Source: an uncultured Oscillospiraceae bacterium
GTDB taxonomy: Bacteria > Bacillota > Clostridia > Oscillospirales > Oscillospiraceae
Length of the DNA: 64,000 nucleotides
NCBI GenBank assembly: GCA_949841355.1
Contig: CATKZP010000001.1
Coordinates: 173,682 to 237,681 of the forward strand
Reading direction: 5' to 3'
A program made the position numbers and the translations under genes. Within the stretch, counting starts at the first letter, position 1. The number at the start of each line of letters is the position of its first letter. Below, piece after piece: positions 12,495 through 20,286 of the stretch. Below the pieces are notes generated by a model. That model had not been told where the DNA came from, did not search any database, and saw only the letters and a list, made by a program, of their open reading frames with translations.

Positions 12495-13013
12495 ATGAGC
12501 AATCCCATCGTCACCATTGAGATGGAGGACGGCGGCCTGATGAAGGCGGAGCTCTACCCCGACGTCGCGCCCAACACGGTGAACAACTTCATTTCCCTGG
12601 TCAAGGCCGGCTTTTTCGACGGGCTGATCTTCCACCGGGTGATCCCCGGCTTCATGATCCAGGGGGGCGACCCGGACGGCGCGGGCACCGGCGGGCCGGG
12701 CTACTGCATCAAGGGGGAGTTCTCCCAGAACGGCGTGAAAAACGACCTGCTCCACACCCGGGGCGTGCTGTCCATGGCCCGGGCCATGGACCCCAACTCG
12801 GCGGGCAGCCAGTTTTTCATCATGGTGGACGACGCGCCCCACCTGGACGGCGGCTACGCCGCCTTTGGCAAGGTGATTGAGGGCATGGACACTGCGGACG
12901 CCATCGCCGCCGCCAAGCGGGATTGGCGGGACTGTCCCAAGCAGGACCAGCGGATGAAGCGGGTCACCGTGGACACACAGGGCATGGACTATCCCGCGCC
13001 GGAGAAGGTATAA
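12495..13013 (+). CDS. Cyclophilin-type peptidyl-prolyl isomerase
   Basis: FHRVIPGFMIQGGDP, LSMARA, SAGSQFFI. Confidence 0.93.
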   Translation: MSNPIVTIEMEDGGLMKAELYPDVAPNTVNNFISLVKAGFFDGLIFHRVIPGFMIQGGDPDGAGTGGPGYCIKGEFSQNGVKNDLLHTRGVLSMARAMDPNSAGSQFFIMVDDAPHLDGGYAAFGKVIEGMDTADAIAAAKRDWRDCPKQDQRMKRVTVDTQGMDYPAPEKV

Positions 13014-13126
13014 GAAGGTTTTTCATCCTTGAGGGCAAAGCCTGACGGGTGGAAATAGATCAAATCCGCGGCGAAGCCGTCAGATCCTCCCGCAGAGCCG
13101 CCGCGGGGCGGACTTTGCGGCGACGA

Positions 13127-13473
13127 GGGGGCGTACTGGTTTCGACGGGGGCGCCGAAGCAGGAATAGCGAGCGGATGCGCCTGGCATCCTAAAAACGGG
13201 CAACTTATAAATTAAAGAACAACGATAACGTAGTTCTCGCCGCGGCTTAACGCGGCCGTCCCGCCCGGAAGGACCACGAGCCGGACCGGGGCGTCATCTT
13301 AGTGGTGAACATGAGTACGGAAAGAGTTGACCGTGCCATGGATCATGACTCTACCAAGCTCAGCAGTTTGACGGCCTGCGGCTGAGTAAGGGAATGTAAC
13401 CGACCGTCTGCGCTCGGAGAGGTTCCTGTGGACGCGCTTTTGGACAGGGGTTCGACTCCCCTCGCCTCCACCA
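13127..13473 (+). ncRNA. ssrA: tmRNA; tag frame 13215-13250 encodes (A)KNNDNVVLAAA*
   Basis: 5' GGGGGCG..TTTCGAC pairs with 3' CGCCTCC-ACCA including the G3:U alanine identity pair; T-arm GGGGTTCGACTCCCC; downstream of smpB. Confidence 0.96.
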
Positions 13474-13568
13474 CAAGAGAGTTGTACGAACCCAAGACGG
13501 CCAGCAAGTCACCATCTTCCTGACTGTGGAGTGTATCGTACTGCTCGCCCCGCTCAGTGTATGCGGGT

Positions 13569-13613
13569 AAAGAAAGTCCCTCAGAGTTACGGCTCCGAGG
13601 GACTTTCTTTTTT
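13569..13613 (+). terminator. Intrinsic terminator after tmRNA / prophage left end
   Basis: 14-bp stem AAAGAAAGTCCCTC...GAGGGACTTTCTTT followed by a T-run. Confidence 0.85.
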
Positions 13614-13806
13614 TGGCAAAAATCAGCAGACCACCCGTGCTATACTCCGGCCATAAGGAGAGCGGCTTGATTAGGATTTCACTGTCCATCGGGCTTGGCG
13701 GGCCTGGATGGGCGCGGGGGCTGTACATGGACAGAAAAAGCAGAGAGGCCCGGCACGGCCTCCCTGCTCAAAGTGGAATATGCCCCTGCTCTCCCCTCCC
13801 GGACGC

Positions 13807-14088
13807 TCACCTGGCGTCCGGGTCTTCTTTTTTGGCAGGGATGCACTCGACCTTCCCGGCGGTCATCAGATCTCCGGGGCCGCAGTCAAGGGCCTCGCAG
13901 ATGCTGCGAATCGTGGAGAGGGTCACTGTGTCCTGATACTTGTAGGTGTTCCGGATCACGTCCACCTTCACGCCCACTTTCTTAGCCAGCTGAAGGTCGG
14001 TGATATTCCGCTCCTGCATAAGGCGGTGCATGGGGTCAAAGGAAAGGTACACCCTTTCATAGCTGTCCGGGGTAGAAAAGTAGCTCAT
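13807..14088 (-). CDS. XRE/Cro-C1 family helix-turn-helix protein
   Basis: LMQERNITDLQLAKKVGV...VTLSTIRSICEALDCGPGDLM; RBS GGAGG. Confidence 0.8.
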   Translation of the reverse strand: MSYFSTPDSYERVYLSFDPMHRLMQERNITDLQLAKKVGVKVDVIRNTYKYQDTVTLSTIRSICEALDCGPGDLMTAGKVECIPAKKEDPDAR

Positions 14089-14099
14089 CGTCGGCCTCC

Positions 14100-14315
14100 T
14101 CAAATCTCGGTTCCGTCAGGGAGTGTGAATCGGATCTCAACCTGGCAGCCCAAAGCCCCCGCCAAGGCCAGAATATCCTTCTCGGTGAAGTTTCCCCGCG
14201 TCATTTTATTGGATAGGTTCTGCCGGGTCTGCCCAGAGGCTTCGGCGATGTCCCCCATCGTTTTGTTCTGACGCTTCATAATCAGCCGTATCTTTTCGGC
14301 CACCGTAATGTCCAT
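14100..14315 (-). CDS. XRE family helix-turn-helix protein
   Basis: VAEKIRLIMKRQNKTMGDIAEASGQTRQNLSNKM; RBS GGAGGTG. Confidence 0.85.
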   Translation of the reverse strand: MDITVAEKIRLIMKRQNKTMGDIAEASGQTRQNLSNKMTRGNFTEKDILALAGALGCQVEIRFTLPDGTEI

Positions 14316-14334
14316 GGCGTCACCTCCTACGACT

Positions 14335-14432
14335 ACTATACACCAATTCATGTCACTTGTCAAAAGTTTTTTTCAAAATCCACGAAAAAATGTAAAGTAG
14401 GTATTGACAAACGACACGAATTAGTGTAATAT
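14335..14432. promoter_or_regulatory. Divergent sigma70-type promoters with a shared operator-like spacer
   Basis: Minus: TTGACA-17-TATAGT (14363-14335); plus: TTGACA-17-TAATAT (14404-14432); both spacers contain GACAYGAATTRGTGT. Confidence 0.75.
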
Positions 14433-14491
14433 AAGGATTGTAAGGCAGGGGCGGCCAGCCCCTTAAGAAAGGAAGTGAGGAAGTGGACGAG

Positions 14492-14605
14492 ATGGCAACC
14501 AACACGGAGTACATCCTGCGGATGGTGCTTGAGCTGATTGACAAGTGCAAGACGCTGGAAGAGCTCCGGGAAGCGGTCAAGGCAGTGCTTGACGAAGCCA
14601 AATAA
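14492..14605 (+). CDS. Small hypothetical protein (37 aa, not in ORF track)
   Basis: MATNTEYILRMVLELIDKCKTLEELREAVKAVLDEAK* after a purine-rich RBS, first gene after the promoter. Confidence 0.65.
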   Translation: MATNTEYILRMVLELIDKCKTLEELREAVKAVLDEAK

Positions 14606-14731
14606 AAACGGGTAGCGGCCCCCGACCAAGGAAACCCGCTACCCAACCCACAGAGGGGAAGCCGAAAGCCTTACTTCGGCTCCCCTCCATGATAACAGAG
14701 TAAGGCAAAAAAATCAAGGAGGCAATCGATT

Positions 14732-15334
14732 ATGATGATCGAGGAATTTGAGAAGCGCACCGGCTTCTACCCCACGCTGGTACAGTACGAGGCCATTGAG
14801 CGGGCCTACATGGACTTCGATGGCGACAAGGACGCCTTCTGTAAGGCTTACAAGAAGAACGCCGACGGGATGGCCGAGCGCATCCAGCGCGAGGTCAACA
14901 TGGCCACCCTCAAAGCACAGCGTGACCAGGCCGCCGAGCTCACCCGCCGCGACGTCGAGATCGAGCGCCTGAAGAAGGAGTTGGAGCGGGAGCAGGAGTG
15001 GAAGCCCTACGAGGATACCCACAACGTCACCCAGGAGCAGTACGCCGACCTGGCCGAGAGCGTCCCCGGCGGCGCAGCGCGTTACATGACCGACGCCGAG
15101 GCCCTGGATTGGGTTTGCAGCGAGTTCGGCTTTGACCGCAGCAAGGTCACGATTCTGCATGAGATCGACGAGTACGAGGTCAACCGGCACCACCAGCTCC
15201 GCCGGACCGGGAAGAAGATCGACCGCCGCCCGATCTACTGCGCCACCGACTACCACTACATCCGCTTCAACGTCGGGCGTGGCGCCTGGCAGTGGGAAGC
15301 CTGGAACGGTCAGATCCGCCCCTTCTGGGATTAA
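14732..15334 (+). CDS. Hypothetical phage protein (200 aa)
   Basis: RBS AAGGAGG; coding-like codon usage. Confidence 0.8.
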   Translation: MMIEEFEKRTGFYPTLVQYEAIERAYMDFDGDKDAFCKAYKKNADGMAERIQREVNMATLKAQRDQAAELTRRDVEIERLKKELEREQEWKPYEDTHNVTQEQYADLAESVPGGAARYMTDAEALDWVCSEFGFDRSKVTILHEIDEYEVNRHHQLRRTGKKIDRRPIYCATDYHYIRFNVGRGAWQWEAWNGQIRPFWD

Positions 15335-15378
15335 CAAACGACCCGCCCCGGAGGTCACGAGGGCAGAAAGGAAAAAGT

Positions 15379-15516
15379 ATGATGCTTGAAATTAAATGCA
15401 TCCGTTCCGATTGTGAGTTCTGGCTTGACGGTCATTGCTCTTACGGCGGGGAGGCCGTAAACATTTCCGTAGCTGGCTGCGATACTTACGAACCAGCGGA
15501 GCAGGAAGAAAACTAA
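15379..15516 (+). CDS. Small Cys-containing hypothetical protein (45 aa)
   Basis: RBS AGAAAGGA; CxxxxCxxxxxxxC pattern. Confidence 0.6.
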   Translation: MMLEIKCIRSDCEFWLDGHCSYGGEAVNISVAGCDTYEPAEQEEN

Positions 15517-15807
15517 TGCCCGCAAGGCCGACGGCATTCGCCGCCGCTGGTGCAAGTCCAGCCGCCCCCGTAGTGGGGCGGGCGCTCATGGGTTTACCCA
15601 TCGGCACAGGGGGAGTCAACCGCCGCCCCTTTTACATACGCACCTTGAAAACGGAACAGGAAACGGCCACACCGCCCCCTGCCGCTGTCCACAGCGGGGC
15701 CCTGCGGTGGCAGAGGGGGTAAACACCCGCCCGCCCGGAGAACGCGCCACAAGGGGGCCGCAAACGGCAAACAGGGCCTTGCGGCCCTGCCCCCCGGTCT
15801 CGCTGGC

Positions 15808-15987
15808 TCATTCAAAGGCGATGGTCAGCATCCCGTTCCCAATGAAGAAATCGTTCTGGGTCAGCGGGTCAGCCATGAAGGTTTCCTTGGCCTCCTTCAG
15901 CATCCGGGCCAGCCGATCCGCTCCAAGCTGCTCCTGGACGGCCTTGCGGGTGGTTTTCTTGCCGTTGAGGTAGAATTTCATTTTCAT
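15808..15987 (-). CDS. Small hypothetical protein (59 aa)
   Basis: RBS GGAGG; downstream of a repeat promoter. Confidence 0.7.
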   Translation of the reverse strand: MKMKFYLNGKKTTRKAVQEQLGADRLARMLKEAKETFMADPLTQNDFFIGNGMLTIAFE

Positions 15988-16014
15988 GCTGCTGTCCTCC
16001 GTTTGTCTGTTTTC

Positions 16015-16171
16015 CCTTTCGGTACACACATATTCGCTCTGAACAAAGGAAATAGCAAGTGCATTCTGGGGCGAAATCTACACAAACATGACCGTTTGAA
16101 ATTGTGTAGTTTATTCTCAAAAATGACTTGCTATTATCTTGGTTCAGAGTGATTAATACACTACCGAAAGG
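16015..16171. promoter_or_regulatory. Repeat element copy 1: inverted repeat flanked by two divergent TTGCTA promoters
   Basis: CTACACAA(16078)-N16-TTGTGTAG(16109); plus TTGCTA at 16128 + 17 nt + GATTAATACACTACCGAAAGG; minus TTGCTA at 16058 ... GAATATGTGTGTACCGAAAGG. Confidence 0.8.
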
Positions 16172-16218
16172 CAAACGAAGTGCCCACCCCAGAGGCTATG
16201 GGCAGAAAGGATTTTGAA

Positions 16219-16791
16219 ATGAAATACGCTGACATCAACAAGAAGTACACCGCCATCATCGCCGAGTACCTGGCTAATGGGTACACCATCAACACCCGCA
16301 CCATGGGCGGCAGCCAGGGCGACTATGCGCACATCGACCTCACCAACGGCACCGAGGTCATCCGCATCCTGGTCGAAACCTTCCACGAATGGGGCAAGCT
16401 TTCCATCGAGGGCCTGGAGATCATCGTGGGCCGGGCGGACAGCGAGGTCATCCCGAACTGCGAGAGCGACTACTGCACCCTCTGGAACAACAGACTCGAC
16501 ATCATCAGCCGGGAACGCTTCTATGAGATCGGGGCGGATCGCCACCACGGGAAGTTCTACGGAACGCAGGAAGAAGCAACTGCCGCCCAGCAGCTGCGGT
16601 TCCAGCGGTACATTGCCAAGCACCAGGACAGCAAGACCGAGGACATCACCGCCAAGGCCATGGAGATTGCCAAGCGCATCATCCGCCGGGAATTCAATGT
16701 CAAGCGCATCTGCGAGGCCGACGTCACGGTCAGCAAGTACAGCGGCACCTACGCCGTCAAGTACAGAAACAAGGTCTACCGCCTGCATTAA
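16219..16791 (+). CDS. Hypothetical phage protein (190 aa)
   Basis: RBS AGAAAGGA, ATG at 16219. Confidence 0.8.
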   Translation: MKYADINKKYTAIIAEYLANGYTINTRTMGGSQGDYAHIDLTNGTEVIRILVETFHEWGKLSIEGLEIIVGRADSEVIPNCESDYCTLWNNRLDIISRERFYEIGADRHHGKFYGTQEEATAAQQLRFQRYIAKHQDSKTEDITAKAMEIAKRIIRREFNVKRICEADVTVSKYSGTYAVKYRNKVYRLH

Positions 16792-16856
16792 GGTGGAACA
16801 CAGCCGCCCCTCTGGGGAGCCGGGTGCCGTTGCGCCCGGCTTTTGGCACTGTAAAT

Positions 16857-16950
16857 CTACACAGTTTCCCTCCCCCGTCTTTGTGTAGTTTATTCTCAGA
16901 AATGACTTGCTATTACCTCCGTTTAGAGTGATTAATACACTACCGAAAGG
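16857..16950 (+). promoter_or_regulatory. Repeat element copy 2
   Basis: CTACACAG-N16-TTGTGTAG, 18 nt, TTGCTA-17-GATTAATACACTACCGAAAGG. Confidence 0.8.
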
Positions 16951-16978
16951 GAAAACCACAAAAACGGAGGAAAAAAAG

Positions 16979-17317
16979 ATGATTAGCTACGCACAGGCAT
17001 TGAGAAGAGCACGGGCAGCCAAGAGCGACTGGAACTCAGAGGAGCGGATTTCCAAAGCGACCATCACCTGGGCTGATGCCGAATGGGAGTACGAAGTGGA
17101 GGTCGAGAACGAGGACATGAGGGATTCCGAGTTCAAAGCCTGGGTCAAGGAAAATGCCGAGGACTTCGCCAAGGAAGCCGCCACCGAGGAGGGCACCACC
17201 TTTGAGGAACTCCTTGGAATCGACTACGACTACGAGCCCATCGACAACGACGAAAGGTTCCGGGATGACTACGAAGCCTACGCCGAGTTCGAGTGGGAAT
17301 GCCGCACCGGACGCTAA
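16979..17317 (+). CDS. Highly acidic hypothetical protein (112 aa)
   Basis: RBS GGAGG; 33 D/E vs 14 K/R by manual count. Confidence 0.8.
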   Translation: MISYAQALRRARAAKSDWNSEERISKATITWADAEWEYEVEVENEDMRDSEFKAWVKENAEDFAKEAATEEGTTFEELLGIDYDYEPIDNDERFRDDYEAYAEFEWECRTGR

Positions 17318-17325
17318 CCCCCAGC

Positions 17326-17357
17326 CGAGAGCAAGCCCCGAAGGGGGCTTGCTCTCG
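17326..17357 (+). terminator. Perfect hairpin, terminator-like
   Basis: CGAGAGCAAGCCCC-gaag-GGGGCTTGCTCTCG; no clear U-tract. Confidence 0.55.
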
Positions 17358-17410
17358 TTCAGCATCATGGTAAGCGGGCTGCACCCGTGAGCCGTGACCA
17401 CGATTGTAAA

Positions 17411-17504
17411 CTACACAAATGTGGGATGTGGAAATTGTGTAGTTTATTCCCAGAAATGACTTGCTATTATTGCGGTTTAGAGTGATTAATACACTACCGA
17501 AAGG
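17411..17504 (+). promoter_or_regulatory. Repeat element copy 3
   Basis: CTACACAA-N16-TTGTGTAG, 18 nt, TTGCTA-17-GATTAATACACTACCGAAAGG. Confidence 0.8.
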
Positions 17505-17530
17505 AAAAACACGAAACGGAGGATACGAAC

Positions 17531-17689
17531 ATGACCTACCAGGAACTCGAACAGAAGGTAATCAAGAACCGCCTCATCCTGCGGCGCTGTACCGACAGCA
17601 AAGCCCGCCGCCGCATCATCCGGGAAAACCACGAATTGATGACCGAAATGGACCGCCGCTGGACTGCGGCAGGGAGGGATCGGCGATGA
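17531..17689 (+). CDS. Small basic hypothetical protein (52 aa, not in ORF track)
   Basis: RBS GGAGG; MTYQELEQKVIKNRLILRR...; ATGA-coupled to the next gene. Confidence 0.7.
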   Translation: MTYQELEQKVIKNRLILRRCTDSKARRRIIRENHELMTEMDRRWTAAGRDRR

Positions 17690-18057
17690 CAAGATTTCAA
17701 CGGGAGCTGCGCGGCGACCTGGGTGCCTTTTGGCAGCAGCACGCCCAAGGCGAACTGGCAAAGGTCAAGGCTGACCTGGAAAGTGGGGCCATTACCATTG
17801 ACGGGGCGGGGGTTGCCCGGAACTGCATCGGGCGGGCCTTGATGGATGATCTGTTGGAGATGCTGGTGCTGGTCACCGACAAGGCCGACAGCGCCGCCAC
17901 GCAGGCCGCACGTGAGGCTGAAGTCAAAGCCGACCTGGAATCCTACCGGGCGGCGAGAAGGGCCCCCAGCGCCGAGGAAATGGCCGAGATGCGGGCCGCG
18001 TTCGGTGAGGGGTCCACGGTGGTGGATGTCCTCACCGGCGAGAAGATTTTCCTCTGA
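17686..18057 (+). CDS. Hypothetical phage protein (123 aa)
   Basis: ATG overlapping the upstream stop; ends EMRAAFGEGSTVVDVLTGEKIFL. Confidence 0.75.
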   Translation: MTRFQRELRGDLGAFWQQHAQGELAKVKADLESGAITIDGAGVARNCIGRALMDDLLEMLVLVTDKADSAATQAAREAEVKADLESYRAARRAPSAEEMAEMRAAFGEGSTVVDVLTGEKIFL

Positions 18058-18105
18058 CCGCCTGCCAAAATCCCAAACGTCTGGGAATTTGCCGCAAACA
18101 AAAAA

Positions 18106-18143
18106 ATCACCCCCTTACAGGCCAAAACCTGCAAGGGGGTGAT
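18106..18143. terminator. Terminator between the accessory cluster and the lysis cassette
   Basis: ATCACCCCCTTACAGG-ccaaaa-CCTGCAAGGGGGTGAT (one mismatch) with an A-run on its left. Confidence 0.7.
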
Positions 18144-18146
18144 GAG

Positions 18147-18479
18147 TTACTTTTTGTTGTTGATGGTCTTGATCTGTTCCAAGGTCTGCCGGAGCTTGTC
18201 GAAGCCGAACATGGCGGCGTAGGCCACGAAGATGCCAAGAACCACGGCCCCAGCAACCATATACCAGGTGATGGGGGTGCTGGTAATCTGGCACAGGGCG
18301 AAGAAGGCCAGCAGCGTGACCGCCATGGCCACCAGGAAGGCCAGCAGATTGGTGGGCATCTTCTCCCAGGTCAGCTTCTTCAACACCTCGGTGATGATGT
18401 TGGTCACCACCATGAGGATCAGCACCGCGGGAAGGAGCAGCGGGATCATGGCGGGGATATTATGGATGATGTTTTCCAT
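18147..18479 (-). CDS. Holin
   Basis: 110 aa, three hydrophobic segments, charged C-terminus, adjacent to endolysin. Confidence 0.75.
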   Translation of the reverse strand: MENIIHNIPAMIPLLLPAVLILMVVTNIITEVLKKLTWEKMPTNLLAFLVAMAVTLLAFFALCQITSTPITWYMVAGAVVLGIFVAYAAMFGFDKLRQTLEQIKTINNKK

Positions 18480-18492
18480 GGGGTTTTCCTCC

Positions 18493-19839
18493 TCAAATTT
18501 TCTTGCAGAAGTCCAGCGACACCCAGCCCTTGCCGGACTTCAGCTTGCCCCAGAGTGTGGCACCCGGGCCGGTGGCCTCGCTGACGATGGTGTAGACGCC
18601 GGGGGTGATGGCGTTCTGGACGATGGCGGTGTTGGTGCCGGGACCCTTGCGGATGCGCAGATCGGCGGCGGTGATGCGGACCTTATAGGGAACGCTGCTC
18701 ACGGGAGCGGAGGGCTGTACCGGGGCCGCGCCGGTGGCCCCCAGCTTGGCGTTCACCTTCGCGGCGATGTCGCCGAGCCGCTGGTAGATGTAGTCGCCGG
18801 GGCACGCCTTGTTGGCGAACCAGCGGTGAACCGTGAGGTTCTGCTTGGCGGGGTTGCCCACCAGGTTCTTGTCACCGAACCACAGCAGTTTCTTGATGCC
18901 GTTGCGCCGGCAGATGTCGGTACACAGCTCGATCAGCGCGGCCATGGCCTTCTCGGTGATGGCGTAGGGGTGCTTGGCCTCACAGGCCACCTCAATGGTA
19001 ACAGCCTGGTAGTCGTTGGAGGAGCCAGAGATTCCGTTCACCCGGATGGGGACGTTGACCCCGTTCACCTTCTTGTAGCCGCCCGTACACCAAGAGCGGT
19101 CCTTCTCCTCGACACACAGGCCGATGGAGCCATCGTACCCCACAACGTAGTTGCAGGAGGCCCCCTTGCTGCTGGGCTGGAACACCTCGCACCCCCGCTT
19201 GGCGGTCACCTGGCCGACAAAGCAGTGAATGGTGATGGTGTCGATGGCGTGGTTCCGGCCGACGGTCTTATTGGGAGAAATCAGCTTGACCGTGGCCAAA
19301 GGGCTGTTGGAAAATCCCATGGTGTTGACACTTCCTTTCTGTGCGTACTTGTCGAAATACTTCTGGCCGTACCCGGCCCGCTTGGCCTTCACGGCCTCGC
19401 TCTGATCCGCCGGGCGTTCGAACTGGAGCAGGACGGCATCGGAGGCGGCCCGGACACTGGTGGCGGTCTTCAGCGTGGCCAGAACCGTCTTGTAGCTGGT
19501 GGACAGCTCCTGCATCAAAAAGCCGAGCTGCATCTCCAGGTCGCCGATGCTCTTACCTGCATCTTTGGCGAATTTATGCAGGTTAGCCTTGCGAGTGTGG
19601 TACGTCCACTGTGCCAGTCCATACCCGGCGCAATCATGGGCGAAGTTGGTGTAGCTGCCGCTGTCCACCCTCTCGGTGTACTCGGCATCGGCCATGCCCA
19701 GCTTCCCCTCGTAGCTGTTCTGGAGGTTGTTGGGCCGCAGGCCAGACTCTGCGTAGAGGTTCCCCATCAGACCGGCGGCGCCAGCGTCGGTGAGCCCCTG
19801 GGCCTTCAGAAAGCTCCAGATTCTTTCTTCAGTATTCAT
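18493..19839 (-). CDS. Endolysin: phage-tail-lysozyme-like domain + Amidase_2 + SH3-like cell-wall-binding domain
   Basis: GLMGNLYAESGL / GYGLAQWT; ITIHC...HRWFANKACPG; LRIRKGPGT...WGKLKSGKGWVSLDF. Confidence 0.88.
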   Translation of the reverse strand: MNTEERIWSFLKAQGLTDAGAAGLMGNLYAESGLRPNNLQNSYEGKLGMADAEYTERVDSGSYTNFAHDCAGYGLAQWTYHTRKANLHKFAKDAGKSIGDLEMQLGFLMQELSTSYKTVLATLKTATSVRAASDAVLLQFERPADQSEAVKAKRAGYGQKYFDKYAQKGSVNTMGFSNSPLATVKLISPNKTVGRNHAIDTITIHCFVGQVTAKRGCEVFQPSSKGASCNYVVGYDGSIGLCVEEKDRSWCTGGYKKVNGVNVPIRVNGISGSSNDYQAVTIEVACEAKHPYAITEKAMAALIELCTDICRRNGIKKLLWFGDKNLVGNPAKQNLTVHRWFANKACPGDYIYQRLGDIAAKVNAKLGATGAAPVQPSAPVSSVPYKVRITAADLRIRKGPGTNTAIVQNAITPGVYTIVSEATGPGATLWGKLKSGKGWVSLDFCKKI

Positions 19840-19842
19840 CGC

Positions 19843-20226
19843 TTATCCGACTCCTCCTTCTTCCCCGCCCTCATTGGGCGGTTTATCTTCCTGCCTGCTT
19901 CTGCCGAATACCATCCCCTCGTTGTGCTCGAAGATGTTCTCCAGCACCTTCAGCGCGTTCACTCCCAAAATGGTGGTAATGGCCTGCTGGGAGAGCTCCA
20001 CTACCGGGAACGGCTGATATAGCTTGACGGTGGAATAAACGGCGATGACGTAGGACACCGACACCCAACCCAGCGCAAATATTTGGGTGGTAGCGAACAG
20101 AAACCTTGTTACCGACTGCAGGACATTGGGCCGGGGCTTTCCTGTCCGCAGTTCCTTCACCCGTTTCCGCAGATGCCGGATAGTGGCCGCACTGAACACG
20201 ATACCCAGGGCAGCCCCCACAATCAA
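19843..20226 (-). CDS. Membrane protein in the lysis cassette (start uncertain)
   Basis: Hydrophobic segments; only a TTG start in frame. Confidence 0.55.
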   Translation of the reverse strand: MIVGAALGIVFSAATIRHLRKRVKELRTGKPRPNVLQSVTRFLFATTQIFALGWVSVSYVIAVYSTVKLYQPFPVVELSQQAITTILGVNALKVLENIFEHNEGMVFGRSRQEDKPPNEGGEEGGVG

Positions 20227-20286
20227 AGCGGCAGCGGCGATTAAAATCGACCTTAAGATGTCCGTTGCACATCATCCTTTCGCAGT

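Noticed and set aside
10920-12842. 640-aa minus-strand ORF as a long murI fusion
   Set aside because: Only 10920-11735 is glutamate racemase; the extension is antisense to smpB and the cyclophilin
13014-13126. Possible riboswitch upstream of tmRNA (GGGCAAAGCCTGACGG…CCGTCAG)
   Set aside because: Some pairing exists, but I could not match the conserved core of c-di-GMP-I or any other known class
13360-13728. 122-aa minus-strand ORF (…WWRRGESNPCPK…)
   Set aside because: Antisense translation of the tmRNA 3' end and terminator; no RBS or coding signal
16078-17504. Three repeats as a CRISPR array
   Set aside because: Units are 550-780 bp apart with whole genes between them, contain promoter boxes, and no cas genes are present
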